Positions 25,787 through 35,196 of a DNA stretch of 64,000 nucleotides are shown one piece after another. Every line of letters starts with the position of its first letter. Within the stretch, counting starts at the first letter, position 1. Origin of the DNA: a virus (Duplodnaviria > Caudoviricetes). A program made the position numbers and the translations under genes. The notes under the pieces are model-generated. The model was not told the origin of the DNA, did not search any database, and saw only the letters and a program-made list of their open reading frames with translations. Where the stretch lies: positions 493 to 64,492 of IMG/VR virus record IMGVR_UViG_3300042317_000235; one strand, given 5' to 3'.

Positions 25787-26698
25787 ATGGCAATTTCTAG
25801 AGCACAGCTATTAAAAGAGTTATTACCGGGCCTTAACGCGTTATTCGGTTTAGAGTACGCACGCTACGGTGAACAACATAAAGAAATTTATGAAATCGAA
25901 TCTTCTGAGCGTTCATTCGAAGAAGAAACAAAACTTTCAGGTTTTGCTGCAGCGGCAGTTAAATCAGAGGGTTCTGCAATTCAGTATGAAGCCGGTCAAG
26001 AAGCTTGGACTGCACGCTATAACCACGAAACAATTGCTCTTGGCTTCTCATTAACTGAAGAAGCTGTAGAAGATAACTTGTATGACTCATTGTCTGCTCG
26101 TTATACAAAAGCGTTGGCTCGTGCTATGGCATACACCAAACAAGTAAAAGCGGCGGCTGTTTTAAACAACGGCTTCAACTCTGCTTATACTGGCGGTGAC
26201 GGTTCAGCATTGTTCTCAGCTTCACACTCATTAGTGTCTGGCGGCACAAACTCAAACATCCCATCAACTCCTGCTGATTTAAACGAAACTTCTTTAGAAG
26301 CGGCTGTTATTCAAATTGCACAATGGACTGATGAACGTGGTTTGTTGATTGCTGCTAAACCTAAAAAATTGATTGTTCCCCCTGCACTTCAATTCGTTGC
26401 AACTCGTTTGCTCGAAACAGAACAACGTGTAGGCACAACCGATAACGACATCAACGCGTTAAAAAACAACGGCTCTATCCCAGAAGGTTACACTGTTAAT
26501 AACTTCTTAACAGACACCAATGCGTGGTTCTTAACTACTGATGTACCAAACGGTTTGAAACATTTCGTGCGTCAATCATTGGTAACTTCATCAGATTCCG
26601 ATTTTGATACAGGCAACATGAGATATAAGGCGAGAGAACGCTACAGCTTCGGCTGGTCGGATCCGCTCGGAATGTACGGTTCATCTGGTTCAAACTAA
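25787..26698 (+). CDS. major capsid protein (HK97 fold)
   Basis: MAISRAQLLKELLPGLNALFG, KLIVPPAL, DFDTGN.RYKARERYSFG; biased codon use; terminator downstream. Confidence 0.93.
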   Translation: MAISRAQLLKELLPGLNALFGLEYARYGEQHKEIYEIESSERSFEEETKLSGFAAAAVKSEGSAIQYEAGQEAWTARYNHETIALGFSLTEEAVEDNLYDSLSARYTKALARAMAYTKQVKAAAVLNNGFNSAYTGGDGSALFSASHSLVSGGTNSNIPSTPADLNETSLEAAVIQIAQWTDERGLLIAAKPKKLIVPPALQFVATRLLETEQRVGTTDNDINALKNNGSIPEGYTVNNFLTDTNAWFLTTDVPNGLKHFVRQSLVTSSDSDFDTGNMRYKARERYSFGWSDPLGMYGSSGSN

Positions 26699-26717
26699 GT
26701 AAAATCAAGCGTTTAGG

Positions 26718-26741
26718 AAGGGGACTTAGGTCCCCTTTTTT
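26718..26741 (+). terminator. Rho-independent terminator after MCP
   Basis: AAGGGGAC-TTAG-GTCCCCTT followed by a T tract. Confidence 0.85.
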
Positions 26742-26799
26742 ATTATATGTTGAGATATTTGTTCGGATAGTGTATTATACATACTTATTAATTTAGGAG

Positions 26800-27516
26800 G
26801 TGTATATGGCTAAAGGTATCTATAAAATTATCAATGTAGTAAACAATAAATTTTATGTGGGAAGTGCAGTAGATTTAAAACGTAGGCGAATTAGACACTT
26901 TTCAGAACTAAGAACGGGTAAACATAACAATAAACATTTACAAGCTGCCTGGGATAAATATGGTGAACCGGCTTTTATATTTGTTGTGTTGGAAGAAGTA
27001 GATGACTCTGTAAATATTTTAGAATTAGAAGATGTGTGGTTAAAAAACCATGTAGGGAAAGATTATTGTTATAACATGGGAAAAACTGCTACAGCACCTA
27101 TGTTAGGGATGACTGGGGAGTTAAGTCCTACGTGGGGATATGTACACACAGTCGAGGCTAAGTTAAAAATAGGTGCGTCTAGTAAGGGTAGAACGCAGTC
27201 AGAAGAAGAGAAGGTTAAACGCAGGCAAACAATGGTTGGGCATACTGTATCAGCAGAAACACGAGCAAAAATTAGCGCGTCTTTAATGGGAGATAAAAAC
27301 TTTAATTATGGTAAGCCTCGAAGTGACGAGTTTAAAGAAAAAGTTAGTAAACGTGTGCAAATGACTAAGGAAAACACTACTACAGAATACGCAAGTATAG
27401 TGGAACTTAGAGAAGCTACAGGACTAAAACCAGCTACTGTAAATAGAGCGTTAAAGTCAGGTAAACCCATTAGTAGAGGACCTTTTACAGGATGTGTGAT
27501 TCAGTACTTAAAATAG
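26800..27516 (+). CDS. free-standing GIY-YIG homing endonuclease with NUMOD3 repeats
   Basis: GIYKIIN..NNKFYVGS, RRIRH, HNNKHLQAAW, YCYN; HTVEAKLKIG / VSAETRAKIS; own TTGAGA-17-TATTAT promoter at 26750..26778. Confidence 0.9.
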   Translation: MYMAKGIYKIINVVNNKFYVGSAVDLKRRRIRHFSELRTGKHNNKHLQAAWDKYGEPAFIFVVLEEVDDSVNILELEDVWLKNHVGKDYCYNMGKTATAPMLGMTGELSPTWGYVHTVEAKLKIGASSKGRTQSEEEKVKRRQTMVGHTVSAETRAKISASLMGDKNFNYGKPRSDEFKEKVSKRVQMTKENTTTEYASIVELREATGLKPATVNRALKSGKPISRGPFTGCVIQYLK

Positions 27517-27635
27517 TTGCATATTCAACCAATTGGTGTACTATCAGCCTATATCTAGGAACTTAATTATTTGCGCAGATTGACCTAGCAAGCTTTACAC
27601 AAGACTGCGTATCTTACGTGTATTTGGAGATTAAA

Positions 27636-28115
27636 ATGGGTTTAGCATCACACTTTGGTCCTTGGAGACTTGGAACCGTACCTAACACAACTGGCACAAC
27701 TGCTGGTACTATCCGTAACATGGGCGCAACTATCGTTGCTCAGAAAGCGGCTATCGCTTACGGCACTACCACAGGAACGGCTTTTGTAATCCCTGCAGGT
27801 GCAACAATCACTGGTATTGCTTTATATTCATCAACGGCGTTTACGGGTACTTCCCCTACACTTACTGTGTCTGTTGCGGGTACTGCTGTTACTACCGCAA
27901 ATGCGTTGACTTCTGGTACTGCATTTAATGGCTCTTTAGCTCTAGCTCAAACTGCTGGTGCAGCATCTCTCTTATCTAACGTAGGAACTACGGATGTGTC
28001 AGTAACCTATTCAATTGGCGGTTCTGCATTATCAGCCGGTGTAGGAACTATTGTTGTATCGTACATGGTTAACTTATCAGACGGTACTTATAACCCAACA
28101 TCGCAAACTGCGTAA
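27636..28115 (+). CDS. virion structural protein (start reassigned to MGLASHF)
   Basis: GGAG RBS at 27626; Thr/Gly/Ala-rich beta protein. Confidence 0.7.
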   Translation: MGLASHFGPWRLGTVPNTTGTTAGTIRNMGATIVAQKAAIAYGTTTGTAFVIPAGATITGIALYSSTAFTGTSPTLTVSVAGTAVTTANALTSGTAFNGSLALAQTAGAASLLSNVGTTDVSVTYSIGGSALSAGVGTIVVSYMVNLSDGTYNPTSQTA

Positions 28116-28202
28116 TTAATATTTAGGGGGTCAGAGTTGAGCGACCTTGACCTTAAATGAGAGCGCCATTTCCGCCCTATCTTTTTAAATAGGAGATTAA
28201 TT

Positions 28203-28496
28203 ATGAGTATGCAATATGATGTCAAGAGTGCGCACGCGAGTGTTGCTGGTAGTTTATACGGTAGTCGAGTCCGTCTTAAAGGTTTTGTAGTAACCCCAGC
28301 AGCTAGTACAGCGGCTACAGTTGCCTTTAGAGATGGTAGCGCAACAGGAACTATTCTATGTGAAATAGACGTACCTTCTAACACAAACCCAATTCCGTTT
28401 TATGTATCTATCCCTCAAGAAGGTATTGTATTTCAGACTGGGATTTATATGGCTCTTAGCGCGGCTGTAACCGGCGTGACTATCTTCTACGGGTGA
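28203..28496 (+). CDS. small virion structural protein
   Basis: ORF track; IPQEGIVF..GIY; AGGAG RBS. Confidence 0.7.
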   Translation: MSMQYDVKSAHASVAGSLYGSRVRLKGFVVTPAASTAATVAFRDGSATGTILCEIDVPSNTNPIPFYVSIPQEGIVFQTGIYMALSAAVTGVTIFYG

Positions 28497-28499
28497 GCC

Positions 28500-28733
28500 A
28501 TGATGGACGACCAAATTAAACTTGCTGTTCATGAAAATGAGATTAAACACTTGCAAACTGATATGGATAAGTTGGTTAAAGATATGGAAGAGCTTAAAGC
28601 TTCCGTTGCTGAAATAGGTAAAACCCTTTCAGAGGCTAAAGGCGGATGGCACGTTTTAATGGTTATGGGTGGTGTAGGTGCAGCTTTTGGTGGTTTAGTT
28701 GGCTGGGCGTTTGAACATTTCTCAGGTAAATAA
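28500..28733 (+). CDS. coiled-coil protein with C-terminal transmembrane helix
   Basis: heptad N-terminus, then GGWHVLMVMGGVGAAFGGLVGW. Confidence 0.7.
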   Translation: MMDDQIKLAVHENEIKHLQTDMDKLVKDMEELKASVAEIGKTLSEAKGGWHVLMVMGGVGAAFGGLVGWAFEHFSGK

Positions 28734-28734
28734 G

Positions 28735-29010
28735 ATGGCAAAGAAAGCTCCAGTATTAGCAGTAGGTAGAGGTGAGAAACTTCCCGTCTCTAAGGGCGCA
28801 GGTCTTACAGCCAAAGGTCGTGCAAAATATAATGCGGCTACGGGCTCTAACTTAAAAGCACCAGCACCTAACCCTAAAACCAAAAAAGATGCAGGGAGAC
28901 GTAAATCTTTCTGCGCTCGTATGAGTGGTATGCCTGGTCCTATGAAAGACGAGAATGGTAAGCCTACACGCAAAGCAGCCTCTTTAAAACGGTGGAACTG
29001 CGGTGCCTAG
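28735..29010 (+). CDS. small basic phage protein (DUF6321-like)
   Basis: GLTAKGRAKYN..GSNLKAP, RRKSFCARMSG, SLKRWNC. Confidence 0.7.
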   Translation: MAKKAPVLAVGRGEKLPVSKGAGLTAKGRAKYNAATGSNLKAPAPNPKTKKDAGRRKSFCARMSGMPGPMKDENGKPTRKAASLKRWNCGA

Positions 29011-29464
29011 TACATCACTCAAACAGAAAAAATTTATGGCAGCTGCCTCTCACAACCCTAGCTTTGCAAAGAAAGCGGGTATACCAGTAAGTGTAGCTAA
29101 AGAGTTTAATCAAGCCGACAAAGGCAAAAAATTTAAAGAAGGTGGCAACGTGGCTAATCTAAAAAAGTTATTTAAAGGTAAAGAAACCTATAGCGAAGAG
29201 CTTAAAGAAGGCAAAGCTATTAAGTCCGGCAAACTTACTCCTCAGCAATATGCTAAAGGTGAAAAGATGGAAGACTCTAAAAAGATGAAAGATGGCGGTA
29301 AGTGCATGGCTAAAGGCGGTGTTACTCGTGGTGATGGCTGTGTAACTAAAGGTCATACAAAGGGTAAGATGATGGCTATGGGCGGTTCTTGCTATGCTAA
29401 AGGCGGTGTTACTCGTGCAGACGGTGTCGCATCTAAAGGTCACACTAAAGGTACAATGGTCTAG
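29003..29464 (+). CDS. basic protein with repeated xxGG and RGDG..KGHTKG motifs
   Basis: MPSTSLKQKKFMAAASHNPSFAKKAGIP; five xxGG motifs. Confidence 0.75.
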   Translation: MPSTSLKQKKFMAAASHNPSFAKKAGIPVSVAKEFNQADKGKKFKEGGNVANLKKLFKGKETYSEELKEGKAIKSGKLTPQQYAKGEKMEDSKKMKDGGKCMAKGGVTRGDGCVTKGHTKGKMMAMGGSCYAKGGVTRADGVASKGHTKGTMV

Positions 29465-29473
29465 GGGATTGTC

Positions 29474-30412
29474 ATGGCAAAAGTAAAACGCTTCAGAGGC
29501 GGCGGTAGTTCAGTAGCAGCTGCAGCACCAGAAGATAAAGAGCCTAGTAGACAGCTTAAATCTAAACCTAGACAGATTACCCGTACTTTAGAAACAGCGG
29601 ATTCAGGAGGTAAATATCCAGTTAAACCCAGTTCAGTTAAAGCTGATACTGCTGGGGGTAATAATATTATCAAACGCCCTGCATCTGAAGTAATGTCGAA
29701 AGCATCTAGAGCAGTAGAAGGTGAATTATCAGGTTCACTACCTAGAGCAGCCTCAGCGGGCGGAGCATCTGGCAATGTATACGAAGGTACAGCATCAAGA
29801 ATAGCTAAGTATGTACCAAAAGTAGGTGCAGCATCTCGTATTCTTAGCGGAGCGGGTATGGCTTTATACCCTTCTGAATTAGGCGATTCGTCTTTATCTA
29901 AAAGCGCATCTGAGCAAGCTGTTAAAAAAGGTGCATTTAAACAAGATTATTCTGATAAAGACTCTTATACTCCTACAAGTGCACGAGATAGAGCTGCTGA
30001 CTTAATGGGGCAACCTAAAGCAAAACCAGCAGCACCTGATGTAGAAATTAAAGCAGTTGAATCTAAAGCACCAGCAGCAAGTAAACCTGCTTTGAAGTCA
30101 GGTACTAGTAAACCTAAAGGCCCTACTGAAGGTGACCGTGCTAGAGCAGCCTTAAAAGAGTTTAAAGCTTGGAATGACTCTCGTGCACCGTTAGATTCAG
30201 ATGCTACTAAAGCAGAAGATATGAACACGCAAGGTAAGATTGAAGCTACGGAAAATATGAAAAAAGGCGGCATGACTAAACGTCCACCTAAACCTGCTAA
30301 GAAAGTACCGGCTAGAAAGTTTGCATCGGGCGGTAGTACATCACGGTCATCGGCTTCTAGTCGTGGTGATGGTTGTGCAACTAAAGGTCATACAAAGGGT
30401 AAATACCTATGA
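29474..30412 (+). CDS. low-complexity basic protein, probably internal virion
   Basis: FRGGG, MKKGG, FASGG, C-terminal RGDGCATKGHTKG. Confidence 0.7.
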   Translation: MAKVKRFRGGGSSVAAAAPEDKEPSRQLKSKPRQITRTLETADSGGKYPVKPSSVKADTAGGNNIIKRPASEVMSKASRAVEGELSGSLPRAASAGGASGNVYEGTASRIAKYVPKVGAASRILSGAGMALYPSELGDSSLSKSASEQAVKKGAFKQDYSDKDSYTPTSARDRAADLMGQPKAKPAAPDVEIKAVESKAPAASKPALKSGTSKPKGPTEGDRARAALKEFKAWNDSRAPLDSDATKAEDMNTQGKIEATENMKKGGMTKRPPKPAKKVPARKFASGGSTSRSSASSRGDGCATKGHTKGKYL

Positions 30413-30477
30413 GACCTAGCAGAGGTATGGGGGCAGTTAACCCTAAAAAACTCCCTGGACGAAAAGGTAAAAAATAA
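30409..30477 (+). CDS. 22-aa basic mini-ORF MRPSRGMGAVNPKKLPGRKGKK
   Basis: fills the gap exactly, with ATGA and TAATG overlaps. Confidence 0.5.
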   Translation: MRPSRGMGAVNPKKLPGRKGKK

Positions 30478-31217
30478 TGACGACATCGGGTACAGCAAAC
30501 TTTAACCTTGATTTAGGTGACCTCGTAGAGGAGGCGTTTGAGCGCTGCGGACAAGAGCTTCGCAGCGGTTACGATATGCGCACAGCTAGACGTTCTCTAA
30601 ACTTACTCTTAGTAGAGTTTGCAAACAGGGGTATTAATTTATGGACAATTGAACAGTGTGCTGTACCCATTTCGCTTATACCGGGTCAAATTGCTTATGA
30701 CCTACCTATAGACACTGTTGATTTACTTGACCATGTAGTACGTACAGGCACAGGGCAAAACCAAGTAGATATTAATATTTCTCGTATCTCTGAATCGACT
30801 TACTCTACAATCCCTAATAAGAATGCACGGGGCAGACCGATTCAAGTATGGATTAACCGCCGCACAGGAGCAACTTACCCTGACGGTGCAACTACAGTTA
30901 CTAAAGCTCCACAGATTAATATATGGCCTACACCAGACCAAGGCACAGCCGAAGCACCTTATTATTACTTTGTCTACTGGCGACTACGCAGGATGCAAGA
31001 TGCTGGAAATGCAGTAAACACACAAGATATCCCGTTCCGTTTATTGAATGCGATGGTAGCAGGATTAGCTTTTTATCTTAGTATGAAGCTTGCTGGCGTA
31101 GACCCTAACCGTATTCAAATGCTTAAAGCAGACTACGAACAGCAGTTAGACTTAGCGCTTTCAGAAGATAGAGAAAAGGCAAGTAATCGCTTTGTTCCAC
31201 GGATTATGCACGTTTAG
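30477..31217 (+). CDS. probable head-tail adaptor / tail protein
   Basis: EEAFERCG, ARRSLNLL, NRGINLW, IWPTPD. Confidence 0.7.
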   Translation: MTTSGTANFNLDLGDLVEEAFERCGQELRSGYDMRTARRSLNLLLVEFANRGINLWTIEQCAVPISLIPGQIAYDLPIDTVDLLDHVVRTGTGQNQVDINISRISESTYSTIPNKNARGRPIQVWINRRTGATYPDGATTVTKAPQINIWPTPDQGTAEAPYYYFVYWRLRRMQDAGNAVNTQDIPFRLLNAMVAGLAFYLSMKLAGVDPNRIQMLKADYEQQLDLALSEDREKASNRFVPRIMHV

Positions 31218-31219
31218 TC

Positions 31220-31627
31220 ATGTCAGTTAAATACTCATCTGGTAAATGGGCCCACGGATTTTGCGATCGTTGCTCGCAAAGATTTCAGTTGAAAGACCTT
31301 AAGAAACTGACGATTAAAACCAAAGTGACAAACATACTTGTCTGTAAGAGTTGTTGGGATTTTGATCACCCGCAACTGCTGATAGGGATGTTCCCAGTTT
31401 ATGATCCTCAGGCTTTGCGTAATCCGCGCCCTGATACAAGCTATTATCAAGCGGGCTTAAATGGGTTACAATTGACCTTAACGGATAACGGTGTACCAAC
31501 AGACGGAAGTCGTATTTTCCAATGGGGTTGGGCACCAGTTGGTGGCTCTTCACAGTTTGATGCAGCCCTTACACCTAATTACCTTGTTGCCAAAACTTTT
31601 GTTGGCACTGTTACCATCACAACATAG
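31220..31627 (+). CDS. zinc-finger structural-region protein
   Basis: CDRC...CKSC, DPQALRNPRPD. Confidence 0.7.
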   Translation: MSVKYSSGKWAHGFCDRCSQRFQLKDLKKLTIKTKVTNILVCKSCWDFDHPQLLIGMFPVYDPQALRNPRPDTSYYQAGLNGLQLTLTDNGVPTDGSRIFQWGWAPVGGSSQFDAALTPNYLVAKTFVGTVTITT

Positions 31628-31636
31628 AGAACGATT

Positions 31637-31774
31637 ATGTCAGGCAAAATTAAAACAGAACCAACCCCTAAAGTAGCTGGATACCCACAAACAGGCATTA
31701 AAACGTCTGGTGTTAAAACTCGTGGTAATGGCGCTGCTACTAAGGGTAAAACAGCTCGCGGACCGATGGCATAA
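31637..31774 (+). CDS. 45-aa basic protein ending RGNGAATKGKTARGPMA (below ORF-track cut-off)
   Basis: open frame filling the gap; shares the RGxG..TKG motif with 29003 and 29474. Confidence 0.65.
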   Translation: MSGKIKTEPTPKVAGYPQTGIKTSGVKTRGNGAATKGKTARGPMA

Positions 31775-31777
31775 GCT

Positions 31778-32608
31778 ATGACTTACGGTGGTGTGATATA
31801 TAAAATATACAACAACATAACTGGTGAGTGTTATGTTGGTCAAACACGCCAAAAAATAAACAAAAGGTATTCTAACCATGTAGTAAAGTTAAATAACAAT
31901 AGTCATCATTCTAAAAAACTTCAAACGGCATGGAATACTTATGGGAATTCCGCGTTTAGTTTTTCTGAATTAGTGTACGTTTTACACGCTGATTATTTAA
32001 ATGACTTAGAAAAGCTAGTTATTAGTGAGTATAATACCACATACAATATGACGGCTGGTGGAGCAGGGGTTAGTAATAGAAATGTTACTCCTGATGAACG
32101 TAAGAACATATCAGCTAGACTAAAAGCTAAATGGGGTGATTCAGTTTGGAGAGCCAAACATATTGAGATATTAAAAAAATCTCATAAGACTGATGCGTGT
32201 ATTTTGTATATGAAATCTATCCAAGCACTAGGTAATAAAAAAAGGTGGGAGGGTCATATTAAAAAAGTAAGACCTCCATGCGATAAATCAGCATTGATAG
32301 CGGCACAATGGCAGGACACTGAGATAAGAGCGCGGCGTATAGCAGGGCTTAAAAAAGCAGCAAGTACTCCAGAAGCTATTGCTAAACGTAGAAAAGCATC
32401 GACTGGGCGGGTTATGAGTAAAGAAAGCATAACTAAAACAGCGCAGTCAAAGTGGAAACCCGTATTATGCGATGAGCTACATATATCGTTTTTATGTCAA
32501 AAATACGCCGCTGAGTATTTTAATGTCAAACATAACACAATAGGCGAAGCAATGAAGCATAATCGAAAATTGTTAAAGTCTTATAGTTTATCTAGGATTG
32601 CAATATGA
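31778..32608 (+). CDS. free-standing GIY-YIG homing endonuclease
   Basis: VIYKIYN..TGECYVGQT, RYSNH, HSKKLQTAW, YNMTAGG. Confidence 0.88.
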   Translation: MTYGGVIYKIYNNITGECYVGQTRQKINKRYSNHVVKLNNNSHHSKKLQTAWNTYGNSAFSFSELVYVLHADYLNDLEKLVISEYNTTYNMTAGGAGVSNRNVTPDERKNISARLKAKWGDSVWRAKHIEILKKSHKTDACILYMKSIQALGNKKRWEGHIKKVRPPCDKSALIAAQWQDTEIRARRIAGLKKAASTPEAIAKRRKASTGRVMSKESITKTAQSKWKPVLCDELHISFLCQKYAAEYFNVKHNTIGEAMKHNRKLLKSYSLSRIAI

Positions 32609-33267
32609 CATATTTAGAACTTTGTACTGCAATTTCCGATTACGTTGAGAACACGTTCTCAACCGCGCAGCTAAATACTTTTATAGAACAGTCTGAGCAA
32701 CGTATCTACAACAGCATACAGCTTCCAGACCTGCGTAAAAACGTCACGGGTATAGTTACCCTACACAATAAGTACTTACAATGCCCGAATGATTTTTTAT
32801 CGGCTTACTCTATTGCGGTTATTGACCCTACATCTGGTGAGTATACATACCTTTTAAACAAAGACGTTAGCTTCATCCGCGAAGCTTACCCAAGTCCAAC
32901 AAGTTATGGGACGCCTAAGTATTATGCTATCTTTGGACCGCAGTCTAATGATATAAACGAATTGACGTTTATCTTAGGGCCTACACCTGATGTGCAGTAT
33001 GAAACAGAGCTTCACTACTTCTACTACCCGCCTTCTATTACAAGTGGAGAGTCTGGTGGTAATACATGGTTAGGTGAAAACTTTGACTCTGCGTTGCTGT
33101 ATGGCTCTATATTAGAAGCGTACACGTTCCTTAAAGGGGACGTCGAGATTATGACAACTTATCGTCAACGCTACGAAGAAGCTATGAACTTACTCAATAC
33201 ATTAGCTACGGGCAAAGACAGAGGCGATGCGTACCGTAACGGTCAAGCAAGGATACCTGTTAGATGA
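32605..33267 (+). CDS. probable tail tubular / adaptor protein
   Basis: FIEQSEQRIYN, GTPKYYA, GPTPD, LLYGSILEAY. Confidence 0.7.
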   Translation: MTYLELCTAISDYVENTFSTAQLNTFIEQSEQRIYNSIQLPDLRKNVTGIVTLHNKYLQCPNDFLSAYSIAVIDPTSGEYTYLLNKDVSFIREAYPSPTSYGTPKYYAIFGPQSNDINELTFILGPTPDVQYETELHYFYYPPSITSGESGGNTWLGENFDSALLYGSILEAYTFLKGDVEIMTTYRQRYEEAMNLLNTLATGKDRGDAYRNGQARIPVR

Positions 33268-33680
33268 TAGTACAAGGCCAAACAACTAGCTTTAAAGAAG
33301 AGCTTTATAAAGGCGTGCATAATTTCACTACGGATACGTTTAAAATTGCTTTGTACACAGCTAACGCTACGCTGAATCAAGATACTATTGCGTATACTGC
33401 TACAGGTGAGATTTCAGGTGCGGGTTATACGGCTACAGGACAAACGCTTTTAAACCCTGTAGTTAGTTCAGCAAGTGGTGTTGCGTATATTAGCTTTGAT
33501 AATATCTCGTGGACTTCAGCAAGTTTCACAGTACGTGGCGCGTTGATATATAATAGCTCTAAAGCTAATCGCTCTGTTGCTGTACTGGATTTTGGTAGCG
33601 ATAAGGTAACAAATTCAACTTTTACAATAACTTTTCCAGCGAACACAAGCACTTCAGCTATTATTCGCTCATCCAACTAG
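33264..33680 (+). CDS. virion structural protein
   Basis: SFKEEL, FKIALYT, GALIYN, VLDFG. Confidence 0.7.
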   Translation: MIVQGQTTSFKEELYKGVHNFTTDTFKIALYTANATLNQDTIAYTATGEISGAGYTATGQTLLNPVVSSASGVAYISFDNISWTSASFTVRGALIYNSSKANRSVAVLDFGSDKVTNSTFTITFPANTSTSAIIRSSN

Positions 33681-33689
33681 GGGCATACA

Positions 33690-34244
33690 ATGCAATCAGA
33701 AAAAATTAATCCTGTTGACGTTAGCGGCGCTGAGATTGCTCGCGCTGGTGATATGCAGGAACAAATCAAAGTTAAAGGTCACTACGATGTTGTCTGCGTA
33801 GGTTCAGATGGTGCTACTAAATGGGTAGACGCAATTGAAAACTTAGTGGTAACTGTAGGTAAAAATGACTTATTAACGCAGTATTTTAAAGGTACATCTT
33901 GGACTGCTGCTTGGTATATGGGTCTTGTTGATGGTGCATCAGCACCTACTTATGCAGCGGCAGATACACTAGCTTCTCACGCTGGCTGGACTGAAAGCAC
34001 AGCTTATTCTGGTACTAATCGTATTACTGTTGGGTGGGGGACAGCGTCTGCTGGTTCACTTTCATCTACTTCAACAACTTTTAGTATTAATGGTACAGCC
34101 ACTATTGCCGGCGCTTTAATGTGTCAAACGCAAACACGCGCTACCACAACAGGTGTACTTTACTCAGCAGGGAGTTTTACTGGCGGTAACCGTAGTGTTG
34201 TTTCTGGTGACTCGTTGCTTGTCACATTCACCGCATCAGTTTAG
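33690..34244 (+). CDS. virion structural protein
   Basis: NLVVTVG, HAGWTE, LYSAGSF. Confidence 0.7.
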   Translation: MQSEKINPVDVSGAEIARAGDMQEQIKVKGHYDVVCVGSDGATKWVDAIENLVVTVGKNDLLTQYFKGTSWTAAWYMGLVDGASAPTYAAADTLASHAGWTESTAYSGTNRITVGWGTASAGSLSSTSTTFSINGTATIAGALMCQTQTRATTTGVLYSAGSFTGGNRSVVSGDSLLVTFTASV

Positions 34245-34253
34245 GAGAGTATC

Positions 34254-34433
34254 ATGGCTGCAAGTTTTAAAGTAGGTCAAGAAGTTAAAGTAGTAAGCCC
34301 TGTGCCACAAGGTGTTGTTAGCGCACTTAGTGTTAACCAAGAAGGTGACATTCAGTATTTAGTAGCTTGGACTGACGTAAATAACGCATCACAAGAACGC
34401 TGGTTCTCAGAAGACGATTTAGTCGAGGTATAG
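34254..34433 (+). CDS. 59-aa SH3-like small protein (below ORF-track cut-off)
   Basis: MAASFKVGQEVKV...YLVAW...RWFSEDDL; AGGAG RBS. Confidence 0.7.
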   Translation: MAASFKVGQEVKVVSPVPQGVVSALSVNQEGDIQYLVAWTDVNNASQERWFSEDDLVEV

Positions 34434-34434
34434 T

Positions 34435-35196
34435 ATGGCTTTAGTAATAGCTGATAGAGTTAGAGAGACAACCACCACAACTGGTACAGGAGCTGTTACA
34501 TTAGCAGGTGCGGTTACGGGCTGCCAAGCTTTCTCATCAGTTATTGGTAATGGTAATACAACATACTATACAATCGCCGACCAAGGCGGCCCTAACTGGG
34601 AAGTAGGGCTTGGTACTTATACATCAGCGGGAAATACTCTAGCGCGAACAACGGTGTATTCATCTAGTAACTCAGGTAGTTTAGTTTCGTTCACTGCTGG
34701 AGCTAAAGATGTGTTTGTGACGCTTCCATCACAAGTGACGGTACCGATTGCAAGTCCTACATTTACAGGGACAACCACCATTGCAACAGTTAGTGCAATG
34801 ACACTAGGCGGTGATTTAACGGGCGGTGATTATTTACTGACTCGGACAATGTATAAGGATACTGGTTGGGTTTACTACAACAGTAGTACCACAGCGGCTT
34901 TAAATTTTACTAACGGCTCTCAGCAACGCTGGGCACCAACGGCTTCAAGCAGTCCTACATTAACGATTACAAACTGGCCGCCATCGGGTAACTTAGGTGA
35001 GCTTTTAATTGAAGGTATTAATCTAGGCGCGGCTGGTACAATCACATGGCCAACTATTAACTGGATTACCTCTACGGGTGCAACGACAACGACATTTTCT
35101 TCTAACGGTGTGACACTGCAAACATCCGGCACAGACTGGTGCTTACTTTGGACTCGCGATGCGGGAACAACCATTTATGGGAAGTTTGTGCGATGA
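34435..35196 (+). CDS. tail fibre / spike protein 1
   Basis: MALVIADRVRETTTTTGTG, WEVGLGTY; C-terminal ITWP..W..TRDAGTTIYG. Confidence 0.75.
   Translation: MALVIADRVRETTTTTGTGAVTLAGAVTGCQAFSSVIGNGNTTYYTIADQGGPNWEVGLGTYTSAGNTLARTTVYSSSNSGSLVSFTAGAKDVFVTLPSQVTVPIASPTFTGTTTIATVSAMTLGGDLTGGDYLLTRTMYKDTGWVYYNSSTTAALNFTNGSQQRWAPTASSSPTLTITNWPPSGNLGELLIEGINLGAAGTITWPTINWITSTGATTTTFSSNGVTLQTSGTDWCLLWTRDAGTTIYGKFVR

Noticed and set aside
26800-32608. Group I introns around the GIY-YIG genes
   Set aside because: Flanking genes are complete with their own starts and stops, and there is no room for an intron core; treated as free-standing.
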